64,000 bases of DNA from Stegostoma tigrinum (Eukaryota). The stretch spans positions 2,170,001 to 2,234,000 of the forward strand of contig NC_081396.1 of the NCBI RefSeq assembly GCF_030684315.1, written 5' to 3'. The notes under the pieces were generated by a model, which saw only the letters and a list, made by a program, of their open reading frames with translations, did not search any database and had not been told where the DNA came from. Position 1 is the first letter of the stretch, and every line of letters starts with the position of its first letter. The position numbers and the translations under genes are program-made. Shown here piece after piece: positions 45,838-59,426 of the stretch.

Positions 45838-46895
45838 AATGTCAAGCTCGTTTTCGGAGACCCTCATGGACTTGCTGCAATAACAAGACACTGACCTGTT
45901 TAGAAAAAAAACACAAATCCTTTTATTACCAAGCAAGTACCAGCTGTGGAGAATCACTGTACTTCACCCGGCACAGGGTGCAGAGACTTGCAATTAATTC
46001 TCCCTGACCAGCGGACAGTCCCCGCTTTTCATACTTTACAAAAGACATGATACATAAAACAATTACGACAATAGACAAAAACAGGATACCAAACAATTAT
46101 TACATCAACAACATAAAAGACCAGGATGCAGTATCAATTGCTCATGAAGTAGCTGCTAATGGCAGGAGGCGATTTCGAGTTGTTGTCCGGGAGAGATTGT
46201 GATTTCAACTTGCCAGTGTGTCTGGCTAGTACAAAGTCAGTCCCCTGTCCCCTTTGTCAGCAACAGAAGTTACATGTTTTAAAGGTTTCACGCCTTTACA
46301 AATTTTCCCCACCTAACCAGTTTGATTCTAATTTTAGTTCAGTCAGGAAGCTTAAGACAGTGTCTGCGAACTGATGTGTGAGAAGATAAGGAGTTACAAA
46401 AGCTTTACACTGAATTCCTAGCTGGGCAGGAAGCTTCACGGCAGTGCCTGCATACCGATGTGTAGGCAGATAAGACTTTACTTCTATAAATTAAAGTCTC
46501 TGCATCGGAATCAAATGCAGATAAAAGACTTTAATTTATCGAAGTAAACAAATCAATGGAATGTTATCGCATTAAAATCTCGTCTGAACAGGAAGCAAAT
46601 CTAACAGCAACAACGCCTAACTCTAACCAGTAGACCTCCAGTGAAGACAGGAGAGCGCACGCCGTTTCTCAATGATATTTTTGCTTAATCCTTTTACAAT
46701 TTTACAGCATGCTAACCAGAGAGAATCTTCACCGACAAAACTATTGTATCATCGATTTTTTTTTTGTTTGTTTCCAGCACGGAAAGAACCCTTCAGCGCA
46801 GAGTCAATGTTTGTGATCCAGTCGTCCCTCTTCAGAATTGTGTGTGAACATACAATGGCAGACAAATCACTTTCATCACATGGTCTTGTCTGCAG

Positions 46896-47274
46896 GCTCC
46901 AGACAGAACGCATGTCCTTTGTATAATAAAAAAAACTCGACTACAGTGAAAAAAGGACGTTTTCCACTGGTCTCCTGACCGTTTTACTCCCCCATTTCTT
47001 ACTCATCACTTTGCAATTTTTACTGCTTCAACTCGTTCTTCAGCAAGCGTGTTGTTACATCATCTTAACAACCAGGATAATATGTGGATCCAGAGTTTCG
47101 TAGCTCTGTAAGAATACAGCCAGTGGATCATCACCTGATCCAGAGAACAGGGATAATACAATGGATTCAGAGCTCATTTCCTCTCAGCTCTGTTGTGATA
47201 ATCTGTCTCTTGTGGTCTACAATAGTGCAGCCTATTACACACCGTCAGTGATCAGAAATCACTGAACAACAACC
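46896..47274 (+). pseudogene. Decayed V pseudogene (deleted in copy A)
   Basis: Acceptor tgcag; TTVKKG..LVS*(C); GFRAHF; NSAAYY (47221-47238); caccgtc-19-acaacaacc. Confidence 0.5.
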
Positions 47275-48561
47275 TGAAGAATAGAGTATAAGAATACGTT
47301 TCAGAGTTTCACAAGAACGTAATGGCATATCACATTACATGACGAAAAACTTGGCCAAAGCAATCGGTTACAATGAGTGTTTTCAAGGATGGAAATAAAA
47401 CAAATCAGTTTTAAAATATTTCCAGAAGAAATTCTGGATTTTAGGGTCCAGATAGCTGAAGGCACGATCACCCACGGTAGGATGTTAAATATCGGGGATG
47501 ACGGATGTCTGGAAATGGAGCTCGATGCACAAGGCTCAATAGTATAAAGTGCTGCTGATACATGAGATTTGAAATAATGATATTGAACTGTTGGAGAAAT
47601 TCAGCATGAATCTGTAGAACACCTTTCAAAGGAGAGTCATTGGAATTGGAACATTTAATGTTTCTGTCTTTATTATCCTGCCAGTGTCGTTGTTCTCTCC
47701 AACACCTCTTGGTTTAATAAACGTCTGGAATGATTCCTGGTTATTTATATGATAGAAACTAAGCGCAGCCGCATCTTTCTTCTATGAATTGGGATTACCT
47801 TTAAGACACTTAAAATCACAAGGATTTCATCATTATAACCAGAACAAGTTTTAGCAGTGATTTAGCGAGAAAATTAAGAAGGAGTAAGCAAAGTTACAAA
47901 TTGTAAAAAAAAAACCAGACGCGAGGGCATTCACATTAGATCACATACCATTAATTAGTGATAAAGAGAGGAATGAGGCTCCTTCAGAATGAACAGCGAC
48001 TGCCACAATCATTGGTCCCGACTGCAGAGGTGGAGAGCAATGATGATTCACTGGACTGACCGTTGGACTGGTCGGATTGTCCCGAGGGATGTCTCGGGCT
48101 GCACTCTCTGCAGTTTAAAAAGCGGGGAATGAACGCATCAAACGTAGAAATTCTCTCTCGGGTTCAACTGAAACAACTGTCAGAAAAGGCTGTTGCAGAA
48201 ATTCTTTCTTTATTTCTGTGAGAAATTTTGTTTGTCATCTAAACAATATATGTTCACCACAGCATTCAAACGAGACTATATCATCTTTTAATCCAGTCCT
48301 CAGTTCCAAGACTGAATGAAGCCACCAGGTCAGCTGTTCATTTTTCTTGATCAGACGTTTGACCAAGTTCCCACGAGCTGCTCAGCAGTAAGTAATCACC
48401 AGCAAGTTTGAAGTAACGTAAGGATGGGGCATGGAAGGAGGAAGAGGAAGTGGTAGTGGGGATCGTGGATTCAGGGAGGTTGTTATCGGTTATCCTAGCA
48501 TTACAGATCCACATTCTTTGTGAAACGAATTTCTCAAATAGAATCACTTAAGGATGGCTGC

Positions 48562-48847
48562 AGGGATCACTGACAGAACACGTCGCCATCTTCAGCCCCA
48601 TTGCTGCGTATTGGGAAAATGTGGGAGTGGTTTGCAAAACCAGCTGGCAGAGCTGGTGAAATGACATAACACAGCAAAAACCTGAACATGGAGGGGTTTA
48701 TTGCAAACAGATTGAGCTCTTCAAATACCTGAACATCGTGGAATTGCTGAGTGTGACAGCGAGCATAGAAGGATGTGAAAATAAAACTGAGCGTAATGCG
48801 AATTCAAACCACAGTGACTAGGAGTACGTATATGGTATGCAAAAAGC
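48562..48847 (+). pseudogene. Decayed Ig/TCR V-like segment with RSS (copy B)
   Basis: Paralog of 8320-8605; cacagtg 48810-48816, 22 nt, gcaaaaagc. Confidence 0.5.
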
Positions 48848-49349
48848 TGACCACCCTGACGATTACATACACAGTGACACAGAGCACGGAGAAGGAGCTA
48901 AACGAAATCATAGTTTCAGACGTTTGTAGAGCTTGACTCTGAGCCCAAGGTTGGGGTGGGATAAGCAGGATGATATGTCGCCATGATCTGCTCAATTAAA
49001 TGGTATTTATAAATTTTATCAATGCAGACCTTATGGAGGAAATATGTTGTTCACTGGAAGAATCCTAGTCATCACATAACCCAGCGTTTGTGTAGCCTGC
49101 TGCATCGTTGCACACTGTCAATGGAAAATCAGTCAGTCAAGGAGATCGCATGCTTTATTTGGCACAAAAGGTGGATTCATCAATAACTTGTGTCTTCTAA
49201 TTGGAGACGTATTGTAGGAGGGAAAGTGTGTGTTTGGACTACAGCAAACAGCAAGGGTCAGGGACTGAATAATTTCCACATTCATTGGGGTCAGGGAGGT
49301 GTTGGACATGCAAAGTGAATAACATTCCTCAGTGTTGTATGTACATGTA

Positions 49350-51120
49350 CAATATACAAAAGTACACAACAAAACGGGTTTTTAGGCCCACGATGTTGTG
49401 TCAAACATAACTCAAAATGAAACATTATTTTCTCCCGGCCACTGGTCGACATCCCTCCATTCAATGCATATTCATATGCTAATCAAACAAAATCCACTGG
49501 TTGTCATTATATTATCTGTCTCATCTACCACCCCTGGTATTGTGTTCCAAGCTCCTATAACCCTCATAGAAAATGCCTCTCGCATCTGCATTGAACTCTC
49601 TCCTCTCATCTTAATGTCTCCCAGTGTTATATATTTTAAATCTGAGAAGTAAATTCTGGCCTTCCAACCGATCTATGCATCTCATAATTTTGAAGACTTT
49701 TATCGAGTCGCCCCTCAAGATTCTGCACTCAAGAGAAAACAAGCCCAGTTTGCCCTAGCTTCTCCTTATTACTCATTCTCTCTCATGCAATAGCATCATG
49801 GTGAGCCTCTTCTGCACTCTCTGCAAAGCCTGCACACCCTGTCTGCAATGTGAACACGAGAACAGAATGCAATAAGCGCCCAAAACAATGTCTTACAAAG
49901 TTGCAAGATGACATTCTGACTCTTGGATCAATTTCCCAGAACAGGAAAAGCAATCATGCCACGTACCTTCTTTACCACCATATCTATTTGCGTGGCCACT
50001 TTTAGCATGCTGTAAACTTGAAATCCAAGTTCGTTCTGGAGACAAATGTTGTTCAGAGTCCTGCCACTAACTGTGTACTATTCCTTTACATTTGTTCTTA
50101 CAAACTACAAAACTTCACATCTACCAGATAAAACTCCATTTGCCATTTCCCTTCTGCAACTGATATATATTCTGCTGAATCCTTTGACAAATTCTACACT
50201 GTACACAATTCCAACGATCTTTGTATTACATGCAAACTGACGAACCCACACCCACCAGTAGTTTCGTCTCAGTCCTTCAACTAATACACTAATTTACTTA
50301 ATATATAACTCATACATTACATCTACATTTATATCTAAGTCATTTAAATATATCACAAACAGCAGATGTCCCACTGTAGATCACCACACAATACTATTCG
50401 TCACTGGCCTCCAAACTGAAAAATATTCTTCCAAAACTACACTGCCCTTTCAATGGGCAAGCCTATTGCGGATTCAAGTGAACGTGCATCTGAATTTCCT
50501 TTACAAGACTGCATGAGTGACCTTTTTGAAAGCCTTAACAAAATCCATGCTCCATCCACTGCTCGAACTTTATCGATCACCTTTGTCACCTCCTCGAAAA
50601 AAACACTTCAGATGTGACCTGCCCTGCTCCAAGTCATGCTGATTGCCCCTAATTCGACCATTTTTTTCCAAATGTGTTTAAGCCCTATCCGTTAGAATTT
50701 TCTCCAATATCTTTTCAACTACCAATGTGAGACACTCTGGTCTACAGTTTCCTGGATTATCTTTCTTTCCATTCTTTGACAGAGAACCAATATTAGCTAA
50801 TCTCCAGTAATATGGGGCCTCTCCATTGGCAATCAAGTATACAACGATCGTAGTTTAGGTCCCTGAAATCTCATTTTGCCTCTTTAACAGTCTGCGGCAG
50901 ATATTGTCGGGCCCTGGGGACTTATCTGACTTACTCCTCTTCAAGATAATCAACACCGCATCTTTCTTGATCACGAAATGTCATAGCATATGCTTATGTT
51001 TCACACTCTCAATGTCCTTCTCCTGGATGAATACGGATGCAAAGCACATATTTATGATCTCACCCAAATTCTCTGTCTCCGTACACAACTTCCGTCTTTT
51101 ATCCTTGAGTGGTGTTAGAT
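49350..51120 (-). mobile_element. CR1/HER1-like LINE (copy B)
   Basis: Paralog of 9110-10885. Confidence 0.85.
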
Positions 51121-53540
51121 TCTCTGACTGTGTCTCTTGGATGAATTCGGATTATTTTTAACACGACTTATCAACACGAAATCTTGATTTTAATTGTTGT
51201 TTCTAGTCTTTTCTTTAAGAAAGATAAATCCAAACAAATATTCCAACATCAGTGACACATCTGGTTTTCGAATCCATATTTCCAAATGTGGTCCATGTGC
51301 ATTCTATCACTGGTCCAGGAAGCTCCGAGCCCAGCTAATTCTGAACTTTATATTACACTCAATCTTCTGAACATGCACAAACAATTTGCTGATTTTGACA
51401 GCACCAATATTTATATGTCACATATAATCCTGCATTCCTTGCTCAATCCTGTTGTTTGCCTGTTCTACCCACTTCTGGTGTCAGTGGTTCTCTTCTGTTG
51501 AAATGTATTTTATATATAATTATAGTTGTCGAAAAATATCCGCCTATTCGTTTCGTAATAATTGACGTGGAGTCACTCATAAGTATGATTTTATTTTAAT
51601 TCATTGCACTTCAACAATACATCATTTAAAATATTTTCATTCAATCACTTCCTGGTTCTGCATTTTCTGGAGAAGAGAGTTCCAAACTGTTCAGACACTT
51701 TCAGGATACTAATGTTAGCTGGAAACTTTTTCAGCCACAGCCTACACCATCGTTGATCATGTATGATCATGTAAAAATTGGAAACTCCGAAGGACATTCG
51801 GCCCCCAAGCCGGCTCTGCCATTGTGTATAATAGTGCCTGATACTCCCATTGCTGATTGAATATACCGATTTGCCCGGGTGAGGAACTGTTCAAAAATGC
51901 ACAAGTAATTCGATTTCTTCTAGAAAATCGGGCAGATTGTTCCGCAATGAATCTAGAAACGTTCACTCTCTGCATAACAGATACTCAATAGCAGAATTAT
52001 GCACCGTCTACAGGATGCACTGTGCAAACATATAAAATTGGAACACGGCTGAAATTCTTCGATCATATGAACAAATTTTGCTTATTGTAGGAACAAACGA
52101 TAATTATTTGAATAGTAGAAGTGGCTCCGTGTTAGTAAGTTACCAGTCTTTTTGATACTTTGCTTATGCGTGTCACCTTGATACATGATTACAGCTGTTC
52201 CTCCAGTTCTGTTTCCCAGGTAAGTGCTACTTTACAAGCAGTATCTCCTTCGCGGTGAAGTTTTCTTATTGGAGCTAACTATAATGTCAGCTTTAGCACT
52301 TTGAATGGGGCCCGGTCTCGTGCTCTATCTAGCTTCTATTGCATATAACTGCTCTGTTTCTCTTAATGTTTTACCAGCACATGATTCCCACTGGTCGAGT
52401 CAGTGCCCCTTTAATGAACACAATGAACCCACAATTAATAAATGCACAAGATCCTATTAATTGCGGCATAACATTTGATTCTAATTGCAATGAGTGCCGA
52501 ATTTGATCCTGCCTCTGTGTGCATTGTGGATTTCGGCAGTTATAACTGAATTTAGAACTATTTATTTCATGAGACTGGAGGCTGAGCCAGCTGGCACGAT
52601 GAAACTGTGTCACTGGTTGTGCTAAACTTCGCTTCACCAATTGAGTCTTTTTCTTTTTGTTCAGATTACGTACGCTCTGTCTCTGTTAACAATAAGCCAC
52701 AACATGTCTCTGTTTCTTTTGAACCAGAATATATCTGAGTTGTTGTTTCTCTAGGCTGTGTCAATAGCATTAATTGTTGATGAAATGTTACAGACCTCTT
52801 TTGACGTTTTGCAGATTCGGTCCTTGTGCACATTCCAGATGATTTTATCCCATTTGCTACTGTACCAGATGATGAACATTTCTGTAATACATTAAACAAG
52901 CCTATCTTGCAATATTAAATATTGACACTGGTCAACTGTTCCTGCTACAGAAGCTCTGAACAGGAGCTTCACCACTTGCATGGCCTTCCTGCACTTCCGA
53001 TTGATCTAATCAAATGAAGGATATTTTTCAGATTCACATTGGTCAAAGTTTGCACTTGAGAGTCACCGCAACATTCAACTGAAATTTTATGGAATTGTTT
53101 GAGCAGTTTCTTCGCATTTGGCACTGGAACATAAAATAATAAAGGCAAAGGATGAAGCACATGGACGCTGAAAATAGAGATGAAACTGAGAAATAAGATA
53201 AATAAGAAGTGGGGAAGAAAAAGGTCTCATGATGGGGACCCTGTTCACTGCTTTCCATAAGTGGATTTAATTGAGAAAGACTGAAAGTCATGGTCTGGGA
53301 AGTTGGACGAACAAAGAAATTACAACGAGGTTGCCAAAAAAATGAAACTTAATCATTTATTTTCGTGGAAGGCAAAAAGTAGTGAGTTAATCTGCTTGTG
53401 CAGCAAAATGTCAGTAAGAAGCTTGTTGTGTCTCAATTGTCCCTCAAGAGATTATCGCTCAAAATAAAAGAGGGCCCATTTGAAAGTGCCACAGAGGAAA
53501 CTTCCACAGCAACAACAGCTCCTACAGTTTATGAAAGACG

Positions 53541-55833
53541 ATGCACGAACCAGTCATTGCCCCCTTCTTTGTCATTTGTTATTTAATTCTCGCTGTGTTT
53601 GGTGCCCCTGGTAAGGCTCTCATGCTTCAGAAAATTATTTTTGTAATTGTGTATTTCCAGAAATATATTCTTTCCCTTTCAGGATTCGGCAGAGTTTTTG
53701 CAACATGCAGCACTTCCAGTTTAAGGGAATCCAACTGGTCTCCAGTGGGTCTCATACTTTATGCGATACTATCTGAGTTGTGGCAATTCATCGTTTATTA
53801 CTGAAAATTTGATTTTTATGAAAGCCAATGTGTTCTTGAATATCAGATGTTCTGTGCTTAAAGCAAAATAGTCTCTGAAACGCTGAACGACGAATTGTGA
53901 TGCTTGACAATGCATGACTATTAAGCTGCACTATTGCCGTATCCCAAATTGCATTCCAATTAAGCAAAGTGAAACTTGGCGTTTTAGTCCATTGTAGGAT
54001 TAATAGTCTATCAGAATGTAGCAAAATCTCGTTCTGGACTTGTATCATATGTGGAGTTCCGAATAATTGTGATATTGTTCATGTCGTTTTAGGAATGACT
54101 TACATGTTCGTTTAAAAGTGTGAATATGCAAAATTTTTAAGCTCTCATTAATTGGATCCTCTATTGCAAGGTCTCCCATATTTTACATAATTATATTTCA
54201 GAAATACAATTTCCCAGAAAAAATGCTTCAGAATTATTCGGAGCAGCAATTGCACATCATCTCACAGCATGTCACTTTATGTTGCAAATATCACAGGAAC
54301 ATTAGTGAACAAGTTTAATCCGAAGACGAATGAGATATTGCGAAACAAAAGTTCTAAAAGGGACTTCTGAAAGAAGGGGACAGAAGTAGAACCGCTGAGT
54401 GGAGAACTCCAGTGATTTGGGCTTTACTAGTTAATCTGTTCCTGACAGAGTTGAAAGTATCAATGAGAGCGATGCACGGGAGACATCAGCACAGTTAAGA
54501 ATAGAATTCAGGCAGTTGTATGATGGTGCAGGAACATATGTGGAGAGAATCTGGAGCATGTGAAAACTCAAAGGACCAGATTGGTCATCGCTAATGAGGA
54601 TGCAACGTTCATGAACGTTTGTGGGTGACAGTATATCTGGGGCTTCAAATGAATAGGTTCATGAGCACCACATTATTCCATTCATTCTAAGGTAAGAAGG
54701 TTGCTCCGGAAATTTTCTAAGTGATGAAAGAGTAATGTTAATGTTAATGTTGGGACTTATCGCATGGATGGAGTTTTGATGCTGCATTGGAAGTCAATCA
54801 CTTGTCAGTTTTTCCACTACAGGCAGAGACTTGAAGTGGCAAGGGGTTGGTTGAAAATTTTTTCATAAAAGATTGTATGAAGAATGTTTGGAACCAGTTC
54901 CACAATGTCTTTCTCTTTTGATCTCTCACAGCCAACTTGCTTGCTGTCATAATCCTATCTCGAGGACGATGCGGTCTTTCCCGATGCATCACTTTCTACC
55001 TGGTGGCGATTGCAGTCACTGATTTTCTTGTCATCATCACTGCGGTAATCTTCAACCGAATCAGCCGCATCTACTTCCGACAAAGTGTTTTGTCGACCAC
55101 TCCTGCGTGCACTTTCAGCGTTTTGCTGGCCTATATCATTCGGGATTGCTCAGTCTGGCTGACAGTCGCCTTTACCATTGACCGTTCAGTGGCCATCTGC
55201 TTCCAGAATTTGAAGACCAGATACTGTACAGAGAAAACTGCATCTTTGGTCATCGGAATACTCTCTGCCCTGTGTTGCATCAAGAACATCCCATTCTACT
55301 TTATCTATGAACCCTTATACATCTTAGATGGGGTATCCTGGTTTTGCATTGTTAAAGCCAACTTCTACATTTGGCCAGCTTGGCAGGCTTATGATTGGTT
55401 CTTCCAGATCTACACTCCTTTTCTCCCATTCTTTGTCATTCTGATGCTTAATGCCCTGACAATAAAACAGATCCTAGCAGCCAACAGAGCGCGCAGGAGA
55501 CTCCGAGGTGCAGAGAAGCAACAAGACCCAAAGATGGCCAACCGCCGGAGGTCTATTATTCTTCTGTTCACCATCTCTCTCAGCTTCTTCCTACTGTGGG
55601 CACCTCTTGTCGGGCATTTCATTTATACACAGCTTAAAGCGAAGAGCTACTTTGGTGGTCTGAATTTCAGTGATCCGCAGTATATCTTCCAAGAGATGTC
55701 CAACATTCTTCAGTTACTAAGTTCCTGCAACAACGTCTTTATTTATGCAATATCTCAGAATACTTTTCGCCAGGAGCTAAAGATCATTCTGATATACCCC
55801 TTTGTCATCCTCATCAATTGTTTTAAGCAGTGA
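53541..55833 (+). CDS. Intact GPR139/GPR142-like class A GPCR, 323 aa (exons 53541-53610 and 54932-55833)
   Basis: GT-AG phase-1 intron gives FGAP|ANLLAVIILSRGRCGLSRCITFYLVAIAVTD; seven hydrophobic segments; SVWLTVAFTIDRSVAIC, NIPFY, WFC, PFLPFFVILMLN, LLWAP, LLSSCNNVFIY; 70+902 nt = 324 codons including the stop. Confidence 0.93.
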
Positions 55834-56119
55834 GAGGAGAGATTGCAATAGAGAGAGTGCATGAAGCTGAACGTAGATAAAGACCAAAGTACGCTATCAG
55901 AAGCTGATAAGATGCCACTGACTGCTCCGAAACCAACATAAGCGATTGTTTAATACGAGATGATTGGCACTAATACAGAAAACAACCAGAAGATAGAGAT
56001 GCACAGCCAGAGACATACACAGAAAACTGGGCCCCACGGTGTACCCGAACTGGGTAGATGCAGTTCAATTTCATCACATGGGCTGTTCGAGGATTCATTC
56101 AGCATTACGTTGACAGCTT

Positions 56120-57635
56120 AAAACCAGCATCGTCAGAAAGCACGTATTTATGTCTGTGCATTGACACGATTACACTGATTTTTCTGAGAACTTTACCAGC
56201 CTCTTGGAGGACAACCAATATGTTGTCATTATTTAATGACGGTGAGAGAGGGACAAACAACAAATTTGCAGACCAGTCTCTCTAAGTTCAGTGGTGGGGA
56301 AAATTCCGGAATCAATTCTGAGAGATAGAAAAAATGTGCACTTGTAGAAGTAGAGATTAACTAAGAACAGAGAGCAGGGTTTTGTGAAGGGGAGGTCACA
56401 GCTGAGCCATTTGATTGCATTATTCGAAGAGGTGACTAGGTGTGTAGAGGAGAGCATTGCATTTGATAGGGACTACTTGGACTTCAGTAAGGAGTGTGAT
56501 CAGTTCCCCCAGAGGAGGCTGATAGCCAAGGTACAAATCCGTGGAATTTAAGGAAGTTTCGCTGTTTTGATGCAGAATTGAGTGAGGGACAGAAACCAGT
56601 GTGTGATGCTTCAGCGTGCCCTTGAGACTGCGAGCCTGTTTTCAATCGGGTTCTGAAGGGATTTGTGTTGGAAAGCGTCTGACTGCAGCTTGTATCAGTG
56701 TTTAAAACATGAATGTTCGAGGTGTTGATCAGTGCTTTCTTGAATGATTTGGAAATTTGTGACGAGACAAATGGCGGGAAAGGTAGTCTCAGATTTCAGG
56801 AGGAGATTGATGGGACTGTCAGATCGACTGACCAGAGGCTAAAGAAATTCAAACTTCATAAATGTGACATAATGCAGGGGGACCAGAAAATCTAAAACAA
56901 GAGAAATGAACACATGAGGAATCATAGGACATTTGGAAGCACTAAATACCAGTGAAATATTTGCGTGCATGCCCACTGATCCTTTTATGTGATGGGGTAG
57001 TTACAAAAGTAAATGGGATACTTGCTTTTATTAACCGAATTGTAGAGCTTAGAGTAGTGAGGTCATAACGAAATTGCATTATGATAGGCCACAGGTAAAT
57101 TATTGGTTTCAGTTTTTGAATCCTTAATAGAGAAGGAATTGAATTGCTCTCGAGAATGTGCAGAAGAGATTTGGTATCTGTTGACTGGGCTGGGTGGTTT
57201 AGCGATAAAGAGAGTATGGATAAACTTGACCTATTTCCTTTGGAGTAGAGAGGACTGAGGCATAAAGATCGGCATATATGAAATTATAAGGGTTATGGGT
57301 CGAAAGGACAGGAATGAATGTTTCCGATTGTTTGAGATAAACAATGCATGAATTTCAGGTAAAACGGCACAGGTACAGACAAAATGTGAAGATTTTGTTT
57401 CAGCCAGAGGATTTTCGAAATCCAAAGTGTCTTGGCGGGTGTAGAGCCAAAATTCCTGTTAATATTCGATAAATATTTCCACACACACTTCTGATGCAAA
57501 GTCAGTCAAGGCAATTGAAAAAACTGTTCAAACGTGAGATTGGAATAGCTAAATGCTCCTCATTGAAAAATACAGTTTTGATGGTGCAAAAGATATTTTC
57601 CTGTGCTGCAAACGGCTTTGACTGTATGACGCTGT
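56120..57635 (+). mobile_element. CR1-like LINE RT remnant (copy B)
   Basis: Paralog of 15890-17385. Confidence 0.88.
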
Positions 57636-57670
57636 ATATCAATGTCGGTGTGCCTGTGTCCAAACGTCTG

Positions 57671-57920
57671 NNNNNNNNNNNNNNNNNNNNNNNNNNNNNN
57701 NNNNNNNNNNNNNNNNNNNNNNNNNNNNNNNNNNNNNNNNNNNNNNNNNNNNNNNNNNNNNNNNNNNNNNNNNNNNNNNNNNNNNNNNNNNNNNNNNNNN
57801 NNNNNNNNNGCAAAATAGAGAGAGAGTGATTGGGGAGAGAGATGGGTAGATAAATAGAGATAGAGAGAGGGAGAGAGACAGACAGACAGAGAGACAGAGA
57901 GAAAGAGAGAGACAGTCTCT
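57671..57920. repeat. Assembly gap (57671-57809) and (GA)n microsatellite
   Basis: 139 N followed by GA/GACA repeats. Confidence 0.95.
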
Positions 57921-58909
57921 CTCAGAGTCGGCTGAGATAAAAGTTACAAAGGTTAGAAAGCTTCATCTGGGGTGGCTGTCTATGGATCAATCAGGCCACA
58001 GTTTATTTCCTGATTATATCACCTTACATATTATGTGATCCAGTGCCAGACTCTGGCGTATTTTAGCTGCTACACTCGCACAACTTGGCACAAAGAGGCC
58101 AGCAATATATAGGACCATACATTGCAAATATATTATGCTCCTGAAGCTCCTCTGTGAAATAAATTTTAGAAAATTCCTTCTTCATCCCCGACACTTGCAG
58201 AGGATTCCTATAATGTAAATGTGGGCTGCGTGTCTGGGGGCTGTATGTATCAGTGTAATATGCACTATGTCTATGTTGTCTCAAAGGAGCAGGTCAATGC
58301 TGCCACTGTCACTTCTGTTCCAAAGTTTTTGAGCAGAGCGATGATTCACAGAGTCTCCGTTACTTGGATCTGAAATAATTGAGAATTTATGCTTCTTTTT
58401 TTTCTCTAATAAATAAGAACAGTTGCCTCAGGGAATGCCCAGGTTTGGTTGATTTATAGAGAAATCAGAATCACCAGAACATCACGTACCTGTCAGAAAC
58501 CCACCACAAATAAAACAAATGATGAGTATTTGCAATGTGAAATGACTGATGGGTGTTGGGAGGTGATGATTCTAAATTTCACACTCACAAATTGCTGAGA
58601 TCTCTGCGCATGTGTTCAGTTGACCTTCCTGTGTTGCCATTGGTTTGGTGAGACAGAAAGACAGCAGTTGGACCTCAATGGATGGAAACAGCTTGAGATA
58701 GATTGCAGGCAGATCCCTTACAGACAGTGTCGCTCCAAACATATAGAATTACTGCTGAAGCTATGACCCGACATCCAACTCAACTATCTCCCTCTCAAGA
58801 CAAGCACAGAACTCATTGGGAACAACAAATGTAAAAGTTTTCCCACTGAATTAAACTCACACCTAAATATCTCAACTGCCTGCTCACTCACATCCACGCT
58901 CACAAACAA

Positions 58910-59426
58910 GGGCATTGTGGTGACTTGGTGGTTCGCACTGTTGCCCCACAGTGCATAGAAAATAGAACAATACAGCGCAGAACAGGCCCTTCACCCCTCA
59001 TTGTTGCTCCGAACTTTGAACTAATCCATGCTCCTCCCCCTACACTATCCCATCATCATCCATATGCTTACCCAAGGACTGTTTAAATGCCCCTAATGTG
59101 GCTGAGTTAACTACATTGGCAGGCAGGGCGTTCCACGTACCACTACGCATTTTCAATATCCACGTGAGGTGACTGTATGATGTTTGCACATTCTTCACAT
59201 GTTTTTGTGGGTCTCCACCGGGTGTCCCGGTTTCGTCCCACAGTCCACAGATATGCAGGTTAGGTAAATAAGCTATGATAAATTCTCTGTAGTGGCCATG
59301 AAAAAGTAAGCAAGGGGAATTAGCAATGGGAAATGCAGAGATAGGGTCTGGGGTTGAATCTGGGTGGGAAGCTCTTCAGAGAGTTGGTGTGAATTGTTTG
59401 GGCTCAATGGCCTTTTTGTACACTGT
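58910..59426 (+). mobile_element. HE1-type V-SINE with nested CR1 fragment (copy B)
   Basis: Paralog of 18596-19122. Confidence 0.75.

Larger units (their letters stand above)
39841..46300 (-). mobile_element. Endogenous retrovirus, defective provirus, copy B (more complete)
   Basis: 3' LTR 39841-40333, env, IN, RNase H, inverted RT, gag, PBS 45820-45837, 5' LTR 45840-46300. Confidence 0.93.
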
